A stretch of 64,000 nucleotides of DNA from Bacteroidetes bacterium CG2_30_33_31 (GTDB lineage Bacteria; Bacteroidota; Bacteroidia; Bacteroidales; UBA1556). Location: positions 19,109-83,108 of the forward strand of contig MNXP01000029.1 of NCBI GenBank assembly GCA_001872625.1, in the 5' to 3' direction. Shown here in pieces: positions 9,909 to 19,575 of this stretch; within the stretch, counting starts at the first letter, position 1; every line of letters begins with the position of its first letter. The notes below the pieces were generated by a model. The model worked only from the letters and a program-made list of their open reading frames with translations. It was not told the origin of the DNA and made no database searches. The position numbers and the translations under genes are program-made.

Positions 9909-9933
9909 CACTTTTTTCATATCAAATAAACTT

Positions 9934-12120
9934 ATGTTTCTAATGGGCATTAAACTAAAACTATTAACTTTTTTTGTAATAACATCATTTTGGGCGAAAG
10001 CACAGCTTTCAGGAAACTACACTATTGGAGGAAGTTCGCCAAATTATAGCACTTTTACTGCGGCAGTAAATTCACTTAATAACTTAGGAATTTCTGGAAA
10101 TGTGGTTTTTAACGTTGCTGCAGCTACCTATAACGAGAATATTGTAATAAATAATTTTGCAGGTAATTCTACTTATAGCGTTACTTTTAAGAGCACAAAC
10201 AATGATTCTACCTCCGTAATTCTGAGCTACCCTTCAGGAACGTCTGCTACAAATAATTATACTGTGAAATTTAATCAAGCAAAAAATATTTACTTCCAAT
10301 CTATGACTCTGCAAAGAGCCGGAGTTGACGATTATTCTACTGTGGTTGAAATTGCTAATTCTTCTACTAAACTCAATTTTAAATCTTTAATAATAAAAAA
10401 TAATTCTACTGCTAGCGCAGGCGATTATTCTTCTTTGGTAATTGGAAAAAACACCAACTTATCAAATCTGAGTAATTTTAATTTCTCGAATAATAGATTT
10501 GAAAATGGGACTTACGGAATTTTTCTTCAAGGCTTAAGCTCTGGAACTTTGGCCAATAATTTATCAATAAACAACAATCTTTTTTCAAATCAATACCGAA
10601 CCACAATTTATGCCGCCTACCAAAACTCACCAGTAATTAATAATAATCTAATATCTTCCTCATCAACATATTATAACTTCCACTCTATAGATTTTTTATA
10701 TTGTAATTCTGGTGTAGAAATAATAGGAAATCAGTTTAACCTCAATAGCGGAGAAGCTATTTACATAGTGAATTCGCAAGGCAGTGGAGGAGCTAATGGA
10801 ATGATTTTTAATAATTTTATAGCCTTATCGGGCAACAATTCAAATGCTATGACTCTTAGCAATTCAGGAAGTTTTCATATTTATTTTAATAGCATCAATA
10901 TGTATGGAGGCACAGCTACAGGATGTCTCTTTACTGGTTCAAATACTATGCACAATTATTTCGCCAACAATATTTTAAATTCGCCAACTTCTGCAAAGTT
11001 AATGCTGGTTTCTTCCACAACCACAACTCCTTTCGATTATTGTGATTATAATGATTATAAAACCGCTGGCTATATTGGAGATTGGAAAACATCAACAAAT
11101 ATTAGCAGCCTGGCAACATGGAAATCGACCTCAAATGTGGATGCTTTTTCAATTAGCGCCAATCCAAATTTTATTAGCAACACTAATTTACATATTCAAA
11201 GCTCAGCGGTTCAAAGAGCTGGTACTTCAGCTCTTACAAGCCCCTCAATTAGTGTAGATTTTGATGGAAAGAATAGACATTATATTAACCCCGATATGGG
11301 AGCACATGAATTAAGCTTTGATGATTTAAAAATTACTAAGAGCCTCTTAGAAGATCAAATGTGCATTTCAAAAAATTATAGTTTAAAAATAACCATTAAA
11401 AATATTAGTAATCACAATTTTAGCATAGTAAATCTACCAGTTTATTATAAATTTAAAGGCAACATTATTTCTGAATTAAAAAACATTTCAAATCTTTCGC
11501 CTAACGACAGCATAGAATATATTTTTTTAACAAAAATCAATGCCTCGCCAGTTGGAAATTATAATGTTAGCACTTGGCTTTCGCTTACTATGGATGCAAA
11601 CCCTAGCAATGACAGTAGTTTTAAAAACATTATGATTAGTCCTAATCCAGTTATAAATATGCCAATAGATACATCTATTTGCGCCGGAAACTCCGTAACT
11701 TTAAGTCCAGGAACTGCTTATGATGCTTTTTTATGGTCTACAGGTGATACGACTTCATTTATTACTCTCGATACTTCTGCTTATGGTATTGGTGGTAAGT
11801 TTATATCTGTAACAGTAACAAAATTTGGCTGTCAGAGCAAGGATTCTACACTTGTGGTTTTTAAAAATTGTACAGGTTTTGAGGAAAATTATAACTTTCA
11901 AAAAACACAAATTTATCCTAATCCCACAACAAATTTTATAAATATAAATTGTAATAATGGAATAAAGGAATTTGAAATAAGAGATATTAGCGGAAAAGTG
12001 TTGATTAACAAGTCAAAAATTCATGAAAATATTGATGTTTCGGCTCTTGAAAAAGGTATTTATTTCGTTATTCTTTACGGCAATAATTCAGTTTTCAATA
12101 GTATATTTATAAAACAATAG
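9934..12120 (+). CDS. Secreted right-handed beta-helix protein with a T9SS type-A C-terminal sorting domain
   Basis: Signal peptide. The body is Asn/Ser/Gly-rich with a periodic pattern consistent with parallel beta-helix repeats. The C terminus (IYPNPTTNFININ...GIYFVILYGNN...FIKQ) matches the Por/T9SS CTD pattern. Confidence 0.75.
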   Translation: MFLMGIKLKLLTFFVITSFWAKAQLSGNYTIGGSSPNYSTFTAAVNSLNNLGISGNVVFNVAAATYNENIVINNFAGNSTYSVTFKSTNNDSTSVILSYPSGTSATNNYTVKFNQAKNIYFQSMTLQRAGVDDYSTVVEIANSSTKLNFKSLIIKNNSTASAGDYSSLVIGKNTNLSNLSNFNFSNNRFENGTYGIFLQGLSSGTLANNLSINNNLFSNQYRTTIYAAYQNSPVINNNLISSSSTYYNFHSIDFLYCNSGVEIIGNQFNLNSGEAIYIVNSQGSGGANGMIFNNFIALSGNNSNAMTLSNSGSFHIYFNSINMYGGTATGCLFTGSNTMHNYFANNILNSPTSAKLMLVSSTTTTPFDYCDYNDYKTAGYIGDWKTSTNISSLATWKSTSNVDAFSISANPNFISNTNLHIQSSAVQRAGTSALTSPSISVDFDGKNRHYINPDMGAHELSFDDLKITKSLLEDQMCISKNYSLKITIKNISNHNFSIVNLPVYYKFKGNIISELKNISNLSPNDSIEYIFLTKINASPVGNYNVSTWLSLTMDANPSNDSSFKNIMISPNPVINMPIDTSICAGNSVTLSPGTAYDAFLWSTGDTTSFITLDTSAYGIGGKFISVTVTKFGCQSKDSTLVVFKNCTGFEENYNFQKTQIYPNPTTNFININCNNGIKEFEIRDISGKVLINKSKIHENIDVSALEKGIYFVILYGNNSVFNSIFIKQ

Positions 12121-12123
12121 AAT

Positions 12124-13011
12124 TTGAAGTCAATCATAATAAGTTTATTATTAGTGTTTTGTTTTATTTCTGTCTTTTCCCAACAGAAAATTGAGACTAA
12201 CGAATTTCTTTTTGAAAGCAGTAATGATAGCATTGATTTGATAAATAATTTTTACGATATTTATGAATCTTTAGGAAGTTTTGAATTGCCTTCCGATAAA
12301 TTATATCAAAGTTGGAATAACTACAAAATAAGGTATCAATATGGAGATGAAATTGTAAAAACTGATTCCACTGAAATCATTTTAATAGACACTGCTCATG
12401 GAGAAAGATTCGTTAAACCTATTGATGGACAATTAACCTCGCATTTTGGTTATCGTCATTCGCGGTTTCATTATGGTAGCGATATTGACCTCGAAACAGG
12501 AGATAATGTTCGTGCCGCTTTTGATGGTGTGGTGAGAGTAACTCTATATAATAAAGGCTATGGTAAAGTGGTGGTTATTAGACATAAAAACGGTTTGGAA
12601 ACTGTATATTCTCATCTCTCATTAATTTTGGTTGACAGCAATGTAATTGTAAAAGCTGGTGATATTATAGGCCTTGGCGGAGCAACGGGAAGAGCAACTG
12701 GAAGTCATTTGCATTTTGAAATTAGATATCTTGGCGCAGCCATAAATTCAGAAACGATAATAAATTATAAAAATTTTCAACTTTTTTCTGATACTATTTG
12801 GCTTACTCAGAAAAATTTTGCTCCAATAAAAAACGTTAACGAAATTTCAGAAGCACCTAAAACAAGAAACGAATATCACAATGTAAAAAAAGGTGAAAAT
12901 CTTTCGGTAATTGCAAAAAAACATCACACAACAATTAGCAATATTTGTAAGTTAAATGGCATAAAAGAATCGCATCTACTTCAGATAGACGAAAAATTGA
13001 GAGTCAAATAA
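12124..13011 (+). CDS. M23 family metallopeptidase with a C-terminal LysM domain
   Basis: TTG start 3 nt after the upstream stop. Signal peptide. M23 motifs HYGSDID and GSHLHFEIR are present. The LysM-like C terminus reads YHNVKKGENLSVIAKKHHTTISNICKLNGI. Confidence 0.85.
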   Translation: MKSIIISLLLVFCFISVFSQQKIETNEFLFESSNDSIDLINNFYDIYESLGSFELPSDKLYQSWNNYKIRYQYGDEIVKTDSTEIILIDTAHGERFVKPIDGQLTSHFGYRHSRFHYGSDIDLETGDNVRAAFDGVVRVTLYNKGYGKVVVIRHKNGLETVYSHLSLILVDSNVIVKAGDIIGLGGATGRATGSHLHFEIRYLGAAINSETIINYKNFQLFSDTIWLTQKNFAPIKNVNEISEAPKTRNEYHNVKKGENLSVIAKKHHTTISNICKLNGIKESHLLQIDEKLRVK

Positions 13012-13050
13012 ATCTTAATTCCCCAATTGATTTTCAAAGCGAAAACATTT

Positions 13051-13058
13051 TATATTTG
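13051..13058 (+). promoter_or_regulatory. -7 box TATATTTG upstream of the 522-aa hypothetical gene
   Basis: Exact match 25 nt before the ATG at 13084. Confidence 0.45.
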
Positions 13059-13083
13059 ACATTCGATAATAACATGAATTTCT

Positions 13084-14652
13084 ATGACCAAAAGCTTAAT
13101 ATTTTTTTTAATTTCAGCTTTTCTGTTTTTCCCTTTAATAGCTATTTTGCAAGATAATGCTTTGCTTCGAACTGAGATTGCTACTAAAGATTATAATTTT
13201 CTTTATTTTATTCCAGTAGAACAATCAGGAGTAATTTCTGTGCAGCACTTGACAAAATTCAATGGTAGCAACGATTCTTGGGAATTTCATGTTTACTCAA
13301 ATACTTTGCATCATATTCTGAGCAAAGATTTTAATGTTGGTTCTGGGCATAAACTTATTGAATATCATGATGATGGTGACAGTTTTATTTATTGTTTTTT
13401 TGCAGAAGATGGTGGCAGCAGAAAATATGAAATTTTGAAGTTCAATTATAAAAATGGCGATATCTCCAAGTATTCAGCTTCGGGCGATAGGCTTACAAGC
13501 TTTCAAAATTATGATGTATTAGGCAATGCCACTTTTGTTGCCGGCATACAAAATCCCTCATCATTTCAGTATCTTGGACAAGCAATATTTACTTTAACTC
13601 TTGTGCCAATTATTTGGGGAACAAAGATTTATAATTTAAAGCCACATATTTTTTATTCTAATATTGTCAGCAATAAATCTTTGGACATTGTGCCAATTTT
13701 AAAAGGTGAGTCGGAGATTCTTTGTACCAAAAACAATAATCTAAAAAATACTTATGCCATCATTATTAAGACGCTTAAGGGCAGAAAAACTAATCTGAAT
13801 TATTTTGAATATGATGAAAGTGGCAAAGAAATAAAGTCTTCACATCTTACTTTGTTGAACGAAAAAAACATTATTTCTGGGCAACTTATTGTAAATAGAG
13901 ATTCAAATTTTACTTTCGTTGGAACCTACAACCAAAATAATCGCCGCCGCTCCAATTTAGCAAATTCAGCTACTGGCATTTTTGTTTCGTCGCTAAAAAA
14001 TGGCAATGAAGAGTATGTTAAATTTCATCCTTTTGCTGATTTTAAAAATGCAAAATTGGGTTTAAATTTTAGAGATAGGAAGAAATTTGAAAACAGCAAA
14101 AGAAATGGTGAAAAAATAGATTTGGATTTTAAGTTGCTGCTGCATAAGGATATAATTAATATTGATAGTGTTCATATTCTACTTGCCGAAAGCTTTTTCC
14201 CAGAATATCACTACGAAACTTTTAATAATTTTTATGGCTCAATGTATAGCAATCAAGTTTTTGATGGATATAGATTTACCTCTGCAATTACTGCTGCTTT
14301 CGACGATAATGGCGATTTATTGTGGGATAATATTTTTGAAATAAACAATATTATTTCTTATAGTCTTGATGAAAATGTGATAGTGTATTATGATGGAATC
14401 ACCCAAGTAATGCTTTATTATCTCGATGGAAAAATTTATTCAAAGGTTATAAAAGGAAACGATATTTTATACAGAAAAGAAGCTACCGAAGTTAGCACCG
14501 TGAACAACGACGAAAAGGTATTGTTGGAAAATTATGGGAAAATTTATCATTGGTATGGACAGTATTTTTTGCTCACAGGATTTCAAATTGTGTTAAATAA
14601 AATGGGGGAAAAACGTAAAGTTTATTTTCTTTTAAAATTGAAGTTTGATTAA
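13084..14652 (+). CDS. Secreted/exported hypothetical protein (522 aa), no recognisable domain
   Basis: Long ORF with an N-terminal hydrophobic signal/anchor and its own TAnnTTTG box 25 nt upstream. Composition is typical of the neighbouring genes. Confidence 0.6.
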   Translation: MTKSLIFFLISAFLFFPLIAILQDNALLRTEIATKDYNFLYFIPVEQSGVISVQHLTKFNGSNDSWEFHVYSNTLHHILSKDFNVGSGHKLIEYHDDGDSFIYCFFAEDGGSRKYEILKFNYKNGDISKYSASGDRLTSFQNYDVLGNATFVAGIQNPSSFQYLGQAIFTLTLVPIIWGTKIYNLKPHIFYSNIVSNKSLDIVPILKGESEILCTKNNNLKNTYAIIIKTLKGRKTNLNYFEYDESGKEIKSSHLTLLNEKNIISGQLIVNRDSNFTFVGTYNQNNRRRSNLANSATGIFVSSLKNGNEEYVKFHPFADFKNAKLGLNFRDRKKFENSKRNGEKIDLDFKLLLHKDIINIDSVHILLAESFFPEYHYETFNNFYGSMYSNQVFDGYRFTSAITAAFDDNGDLLWDNIFEINNIISYSLDENVIVYYDGITQVMLYYLDGKIYSKVIKGNDILYRKEATEVSTVNNDEKVLLENYGKIYHWYGQYFLLTGFQIVLNKMGEKRKVYFLLKLKFD

Positions 14653-15698
14653 ATTATCACAGTATTTTCTTTCATTAAATTAGCCGTAAGACACGAATGT
14701 ACCGGAATAATATCAATCAAATCACCGATTTTATATTTTTCAAAATCAATATCTGTGCATTGAACAATACCATGTTCTTGCGAAAGTGAAGAAACAAAAG
14801 AATCGCTTAATATCCAGTTTTTCGTAGAAGTATCTACAACTCTTCCGTAAGATTTAGGACTTTCGATATCAATAATTTCTTTTGAAAAATGAACAGCGCC
14901 ACCATGTATGATAAGCTGCTTTTCTTTCGGGTTTTTATCTACCACTGGGCAACGCACAACTGCAGCAATTTGTGAAATATCACAGCTACCAATTTGCAAT
15001 TGCATCAGGTCGTAATAAACAAAATTGCCAGGGCGTATTTCGTCAATGCCATCAAATTTTGTAACAACCGAAGTTGTTGGCGTGTCGCCAATAGACAAAA
15101 ATATTACTGAACCTAATTCTTTTGCCAGTCGTTTTTGAAGCTCTATAAGGCGATGAGTGGAGCGATTATAAGTACCCTCAATTTGTTCTTTTCCTCTTGA
15201 TTGATAACTGTTTCCATAATGAGAAAGCAATCCCATAAAAAATAAATTTGGTTGAGCATAAATGTCCGTTATCAAGGATTTAACCTCTTCCATCTTTTTA
15301 AAATCTATGCCTGTGCGATGATAACCAGTATCAATTTCTATCATCACTCCTACCCTATTTTTGAGTGAACTTAGATGTTCAAGATGTGTTTTGTTGGTAA
15401 TCAATATTTGCAAATTAATTTTTTTTGCAAGTTGGTCAATCTCATTAATTTCGCCAATGTCCAATGGGAAAGCTATAGTGATATCATCCCAGCCATAATC
15501 AGAAAAAAATTTGGCCATATTAAGTGATGAAACAGTAATAAAACTAACTCCCTCTTTTAAAAAGAGTTTTCCTATTTCAATATTTTGGTGGGTTTTAAAA
15601 TGTGGTCTGAAAACCAAATTATTAGCTTTGGCTTTTTGAGCCATTGTATTAATATTTTTTTGTGCCCGTTTTTTAAAAACCACAAAAGAGTTACTCAT
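14649..15698 (-). CDS. PLP-dependent D-threonine aldolase / D-serine dehydratase-like enzyme (alanine racemase N-terminal fold)
   Basis: 349 aa. The RPHFKTHQ motif (PLP-Lys context of the DSD1/D-TA family) lies near the N terminus, and a C-terminal metal-site region is present (HGGAVHFS, PVHSC). Confidence 0.65.
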   Translation of the reverse strand: MSNSFVVFKKRAQKNINTMAQKAKANNLVFRPHFKTHQNIEIGKLFLKEGVSFITVSSLNMAKFFSDYGWDDITIAFPLDIGEINEIDQLAKKINLQILITNKTHLEHLSSLKNRVGVMIEIDTGYHRTGIDFKKMEEVKSLITDIYAQPNLFFMGLLSHYGNSYQSRGKEQIEGTYNRSTHRLIELQKRLAKELGSVIFLSIGDTPTTSVVTKFDGIDEIRPGNFVYYDLMQLQIGSCDISQIAAVVRCPVVDKNPKEKQLIIHGGAVHFSKEIIDIESPKSYGRVVDTSTKNWILSDSFVSSLSQEHGIVQCTDIDFEKYKIGDLIDIIPVHSCLTANLMKENTVII

Positions 15699-16089
15699 AT
15701 TTATTAAAAGTTGCGAGCTTATTTTCCTCTAAATCATGTATAAAACGGTCTTTTAAATCTATCACAAATTTATCAATTATTTTTTTCTCTTGAGGTACAA
15801 TGCCACCAAAAGCACCAGCAACCTGAGTCATAACTTCGAGCAAATATTTGTATTCTGGATTAGGGCCGTATTCCTTGCAAATATCTATGGCGTTGTTATA
15901 TGCACTTTCTACAGTATGTGCTTTTTGAAATTCGTAATCGAAGGACCATTTTATTTCTTTTGCCCATGGATGTTCGCTTAAAAGTTTTTCCAAAGCAGCT
16001 ATTTCTTCTTTTTGTATTTCACCGTCGGCAATAGCAATAGCATATAATAATTCACCAAAAGCATCGTAGAGTTTAGTTTTCTTTATCAT
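15691..16089 (-). CDS. TerB-like (tellurite-resistance TerB family) small protein
   Basis: The AIAIADGEIQKEEIAALEKLL helix pair is typical of TerB-like domains. I prefer the ATG at 16089 (MIKKTKLY) over the track's TTG at 16110, because a TAATTTTG box sits 23 nt upstream of it. Its stop overlaps the downstream start by 8 nt (ATGAGTAA). Confidence 0.5.
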   Translation of the reverse strand: MIKKTKLYDAFGELLYAIAIADGEIQKEEIAALEKLLSEHPWAKEIKWSFDYEFQKAHTVESAYNNAIDICKEYGPNPEYKYLLEVMTQVAGAFGGIVPQEKKIIDKFVIDLKDRFIHDLEENKLATFNKYE

Positions 16090-16112
16090 AATTAGGACAT
16101 AAGTTTGCAATA

Positions 16113-16120
16113 CAAAATTA
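16113..16120 (-). promoter_or_regulatory. -7 box TAATTTTG upstream of the TerB-like / PLP-enzyme pair
   Basis: Exact match on the minus strand 23 nt before the ATG at 16089. Confidence 0.45.
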
Positions 16121-16171
16121 ATATTTTTATTGATATTAAATTAATGAATGAGTAATTTCGTGTAAAAGATT

Positions 16172-16179
16172 TAATTTTG
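16172..16179 (+). promoter_or_regulatory. -7 box TAATTTTG upstream of the radical SAM gene
   Basis: Exact match. It overlaps the track's TTG start and lies 57 nt before the ATG at 16237. Confidence 0.4.
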
Positions 16180-16236
16180 GAAAATCATTCTGCAATAGAA
16201 GATGAAATTTATTTAGCAGAAAGAGAAGCTTTTAGT

Positions 16237-17166
16237 ATGAAAACATCTTTTAGTCAGCAGCTTTCGGACTGTAATTGTTGTCCACGGAAATGTGGTATTA
16301 ATCGTCTGCAGGAGAAAACGGCTTTTTGCGGTGTAGGAGCAGAAATTCAAATTGCTCATTATGGACTTCATTTCGGAGAGGAGCCGCCAATTTCTGGCAC
16401 AAAAGGCTCAGGAGCAATATTTTTTGCCGGTTGCAATTTGCACTGTGTTTTCTGCCAAAATTATCAGATAAGTCAAAAATTTCAGCCTAATTCTGTATCG
16501 AAAATTAGTGTGCAAGAGCTTGCCGAGGCAATGTTAAAACTTCAATCTGATGGCGCTCATAATATTAATTTTGTATCGCCTTCACATTATATTTTTCCAA
16601 TGGCCGACGCCATAATTAGTGCAAAAGAAAAGGGCTTGTCTCTGCCAATAGTTTATAATTCAAATGCTTATGATTCTTTAGAAGCTTTAAAACTAATTCG
16701 AGGGCTTATAGATATTTATCTTCCAGATATAAAATATTTGTATGATGAGCTTGGTAATAAATATTCGAAAGCACAAAATTATGCTTCAAATGTGAAAGGC
16801 GTGATTGAGGAGATGAGAAATCAAGTTGGCGATTTGAAAACTGATGAAAATGGAATTGCTACAAGTGGAATTTTGGTGCGGCATTTAGTTTTGCCTAATA
16901 ACTTAGAAAACAGTAAACAATGTTTGAAATTTTTAGCTGGAATTTCTTCTGATATGAATATCAGCCTTATGTCGCAATATTCTCCTTTATTCAAAGCCTG
17001 CAAATATCCCGAGATAAATAGAACTTTGACAGAAGCAGAATATAACGAAATTGTTGATTACGCAATTTCTCTGGATTTAGAGAATGTTTTTATTCAAGAA
17101 CTTGAAAGCCAAGAGAAGTGTTTGCCAGATTTTGATTTGGAAAAACCTTTTAATTTTGGTAAATAA
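16237..17166 (+). CDS. Radical SAM protein, PflX/PflA-like activase family
   Basis: CNLHCVFCQN is a CxxxCxxC radical-SAM cluster, and there is an extra N-terminal Cys cluster (CNCCPRKCG). The track start (TTG 16177) lies inside a TAATTTTG -7 box, so the in-frame ATG at 16237 is more likely. Confidence 0.7.
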   Translation: MKTSFSQQLSDCNCCPRKCGINRLQEKTAFCGVGAEIQIAHYGLHFGEEPPISGTKGSGAIFFAGCNLHCVFCQNYQISQKFQPNSVSKISVQELAEAMLKLQSDGAHNINFVSPSHYIFPMADAIISAKEKGLSLPIVYNSNAYDSLEALKLIRGLIDIYLPDIKYLYDELGNKYSKAQNYASNVKGVIEEMRNQVGDLKTDENGIATSGILVRHLVLPNNLENSKQCLKFLAGISSDMNISLMSQYSPLFKACKYPEINRTLTEAEYNEIVDYAISLDLENVFIQELESQEKCLPDFDLEKPFNFGK

Positions 17167-17193
17167 ATTCTTCAAAAATCATGAGCTATTTTT

Positions 17194-18192
17194 CTATTCA
17201 AGTATAATTTTTTTTGTTAATTTCGCTATGTTGGAGCTAATCTCTACAATATAAACACCACTATTACAATTGTTTAACGAAAACTTATTGACACAAAAAT
17301 CAATTGGTTTACTATGCATAATTTTCTGACCGAGAACATTATAAATACTTGCTTTTGCATTTTGCTTAGCTGAGCCAAATGAATGTATTATTACAGATTT
17401 TTCATCGGCAAAAATTTTATAATCTTTAGAAAGAGAGCTTTCTTCAAATCCACCAGTTTCAAAAAAGTTTCCCTCAACAATTATTTTTTTAATTGCCCAA
17501 CCAGGTTTTTGATTATTGATATTGTCGGAGTGAAAAGTTACTCTTATCAAAATGCTATCATAACCTGTTTTAACTCCCATCATACCCCAAGCAAGTCTCG
17601 AATAAATTAGACTATCACTTTTTCCGGAATTTATTAATTTATTAGTATTTGGAATAAATGTGTTTAAAGGCCAATTGATAGTACTGTCGTATCGATTAAA
17701 TAAGGCATTCCAATAAATTGACGAAGAATTGAATTGCCAAACTGCTTCAGACCATGTTAGTCCTCCATCTGTAGAGTTTTCGACTAAAAGCCCATCAACA
17801 GCTGAATCGGTATCATATTTATGTATAAAGCCTAATCCAAAACTTGAAAACCATTTGTAATTTCCGCTATTACCAATTTTCAATTTTAAAATGAATGAAG
17901 AAAATAAGGAAGTATCATAATTTCCGGTTTTGCCTGTTGTAAGAAAAATGCTATCTGAAACTATAAAATTGGGTTTTTTGATACTATCAAATACCCAAAC
18001 ATTATTAGGCTGAGTGCTATCAATAAATACATATTCTCTGTTTGCTGCATTATTGAAATCTATTGTAAGTGGATGATTTATAAAAGTATAAGTGCTTGAA
18101 TCAATCGTATAAAGCGAATCATAATATATTGTTTTTTGGCCGATAAGGTTGATAGATACAAGCATAAATAGAAGCACGAAATTTTTTTTCAT
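17194..18192 (-). CDS. Secreted protein with a T9SS type-A C-terminal sorting domain
   Basis: Signal peptide (MKKNFVLLFMLVSINLIGQ). The C terminus (ASIYNVLGQKI...SGVYIVEISSN...KKIILE) fits the T9SS CTD pattern. The body is unassigned. Confidence 0.65.
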   Translation of the reverse strand: MKKNFVLLFMLVSINLIGQKTIYYDSLYTIDSSTYTFINHPLTIDFNNAANREYVFIDSTQPNNVWVFDSIKKPNFIVSDSIFLTTGKTGNYDTSLFSSFILKLKIGNSGNYKWFSSFGLGFIHKYDTDSAVDGLLVENSTDGGLTWSEAVWQFNSSSIYWNALFNRYDSTINWPLNTFIPNTNKLINSGKSDSLIYSRLAWGMMGVKTGYDSILIRVTFHSDNINNQKPGWAIKKIIVEGNFFETGGFEESSLSKDYKIFADEKSVIIHSFGSAKQNAKASIYNVLGQKIMHSKPIDFCVNKFSLNNCNSGVYIVEISSNIAKLTKKIILE

Positions 18193-18287
18193 GATGTTTG
18201 GTGTTTTGGTGTTCTTTCAAAAGACAAATGAGATTTTATAAGGTTGTTTTATAAAATGGGAAAATAATTTGTGACAAAGAAAAAATT

Positions 18288-18848
18288 CTATTTAGTAAGT
18301 TCAATTGTTTTCAATATTTGATATTCTGGTCCATTTTTTTGGAGAATGCTTTCATAAAGAATGATTTTATTTACCAATACTGGAGAGCAATTTATCTGTC
18401 GGTTGTCGCTAATTACTTTTTGAAAATATTGTTTGCTTTCAATTTTATTTATTCGACCGATTGTTATATGCGGCACAAAATTTTGCCTGTCGTAGCTTAT
18501 TCCAAGCTTCACAAAATTGCTTTTAATATTTTCAGCAATTTCATTTAAAATATGGCATTCTTTAAATCCTATCCAAATTACTCTTGGATTGTATGAGCTT
18601 CCGAAAATTCCAATTTTATCAAATTCTAATAAGAAAGATTTCCTTTTATCAAGCGATTCTTCCATCAAATTTATCATATTTTCAATCTTTTCTGAAGGCA
18701 TTGAACCAATATATTTGATTGTCAAATGCATGTTTTCTGGCTTAATCCAAGCTATTTTATTGTTTTTTAATAAATTTTTTAGCTTCAGAAAATGTAAGTT
18801 AATATCTTGATTATCAGAAAAGTTAATTGCAATAAAAAGTCTTTTCAT
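18288..18848 (-). CDS. thpR: RNA 2',3'-cyclic phosphodiesterase (2H family, ThpR/LigT-like)
   Basis: Two HxT motifs (HLTIKYIG and HITIGRI) at the expected spacing. The ATG at 18848 (MKRLFIAINF) is preferred to the track's TTG at 18896. Confidence 0.8.
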   Translation of the reverse strand: MKRLFIAINFSDNQDINLHFLKLKNLLKNNKIAWIKPENMHLTIKYIGSMPSEKIENMINLMEESLDKRKSFLLEFDKIGIFGSSYNPRVIWIGFKECHILNEIAENIKSNFVKLGISYDRQNFVPHITIGRINKIESKQYFQKVISDNRQINCSPVLVNKIILYESILQKNGPEYQILKTIELTK

Positions 18849-18866
18849 AATGAAAATTTGCCGAAA

Positions 18867-18894
18867 GGAAACTTTAAAAACAAAAAAAGTTTCC
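18867..18894. promoter_or_regulatory. Perfect 9-bp inverted repeat GGAAACTTT-N10-AAAGTTTCC in the thpR/tetR divergent region (candidate TetR operator)
   Basis: Read directly. The arms are at 18867-18875 and 18886-18894. It sits just upstream of the tetR -7 box (18912-18919), about where a -33 element would lie. Confidence 0.35.
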
Positions 18895-18911
18895 AAGGTT
18901 TAAATAAATAA

Positions 18912-18919
18912 TATATTTG
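18912..18919 (+). promoter_or_regulatory. -7 box TATATTTG upstream of the tetR-RND operon
   Basis: Exact match 32 nt before the ATG at 18952. Confidence 0.5.
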
Positions 18920-18951
18920 CCGTCATTTTATTTAGCAAAAGTATAATTATT

Positions 18952-19572
18952 ATGGATGATAAAATCAACGATATAATAGAAGCTAGTGCAAAGCTTTTTC
19001 AGAGATGTGGAATAAAAAGCATTAGCATGGATGATATTGCTAAAGAATTGTCGATTTCCAAAAAAACTCTTTATCAATTTGTAAAAGATAAACGACAATT
19101 AGTGGAGCTTTCTGTTGAATATTTTTTGGTTGAAAATAAATTTCATCAAAACATATCTTGTGAAGGCTCAAATGCTGTAGAACAGTACTTTATGGTTTAT
19201 CAACAGGTAGTAAAAATGATAAGCACCGCCAATTTTTCGGTAGAATATGATTTGCAAAAATATTATCCCGATTTGCACAAAAGAGTAGTTGAGGTGAGGC
19301 AAAAAAGAATGTTTAATGGAATTAAATTAAATATTGAAAAAGGTATTACAGAGGGTTTATATCGATCAGAAATAGATGTAGAAATAATTTCAAAACTCAA
19401 TGTTCTATTGAGTGAAAGTATGCATAACTACGAATTTCTTTCAGACAACAAAGCTGAATTAATAAAAATAATGAAGATGAATTTTGATTATCATATTCAC
19501 GGAATTGCGAGTGAAAAAGGTTTAATAGAATACAATAGAATAAAAAATAATTTAAATAATCAAGCTAATTAA
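18952..19572 (+). CDS. TetR/AcrR family transcriptional regulator
   Basis: N-terminal HTH (ISMDDIAKELSISKKTLYQFVKDK). ~200 aa. First gene of the efflux operon. Confidence 0.85.
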   Translation: MDDKINDIIEASAKLFQRCGIKSISMDDIAKELSISKKTLYQFVKDKRQLVELSVEYFLVENKFHQNISCEGSNAVEQYFMVYQQVVKMISTANFSVEYDLQKYYPDLHKRVVEVRQKRMFNGIKLNIEKGITEGLYRSEIDVEIISKLNVLLSESMHNYEFLSDNKAELIKIMKMNFDYHIHGIASEKGLIEYNRIKNNLNNQAN

Positions 19573-19575
19573 ATA

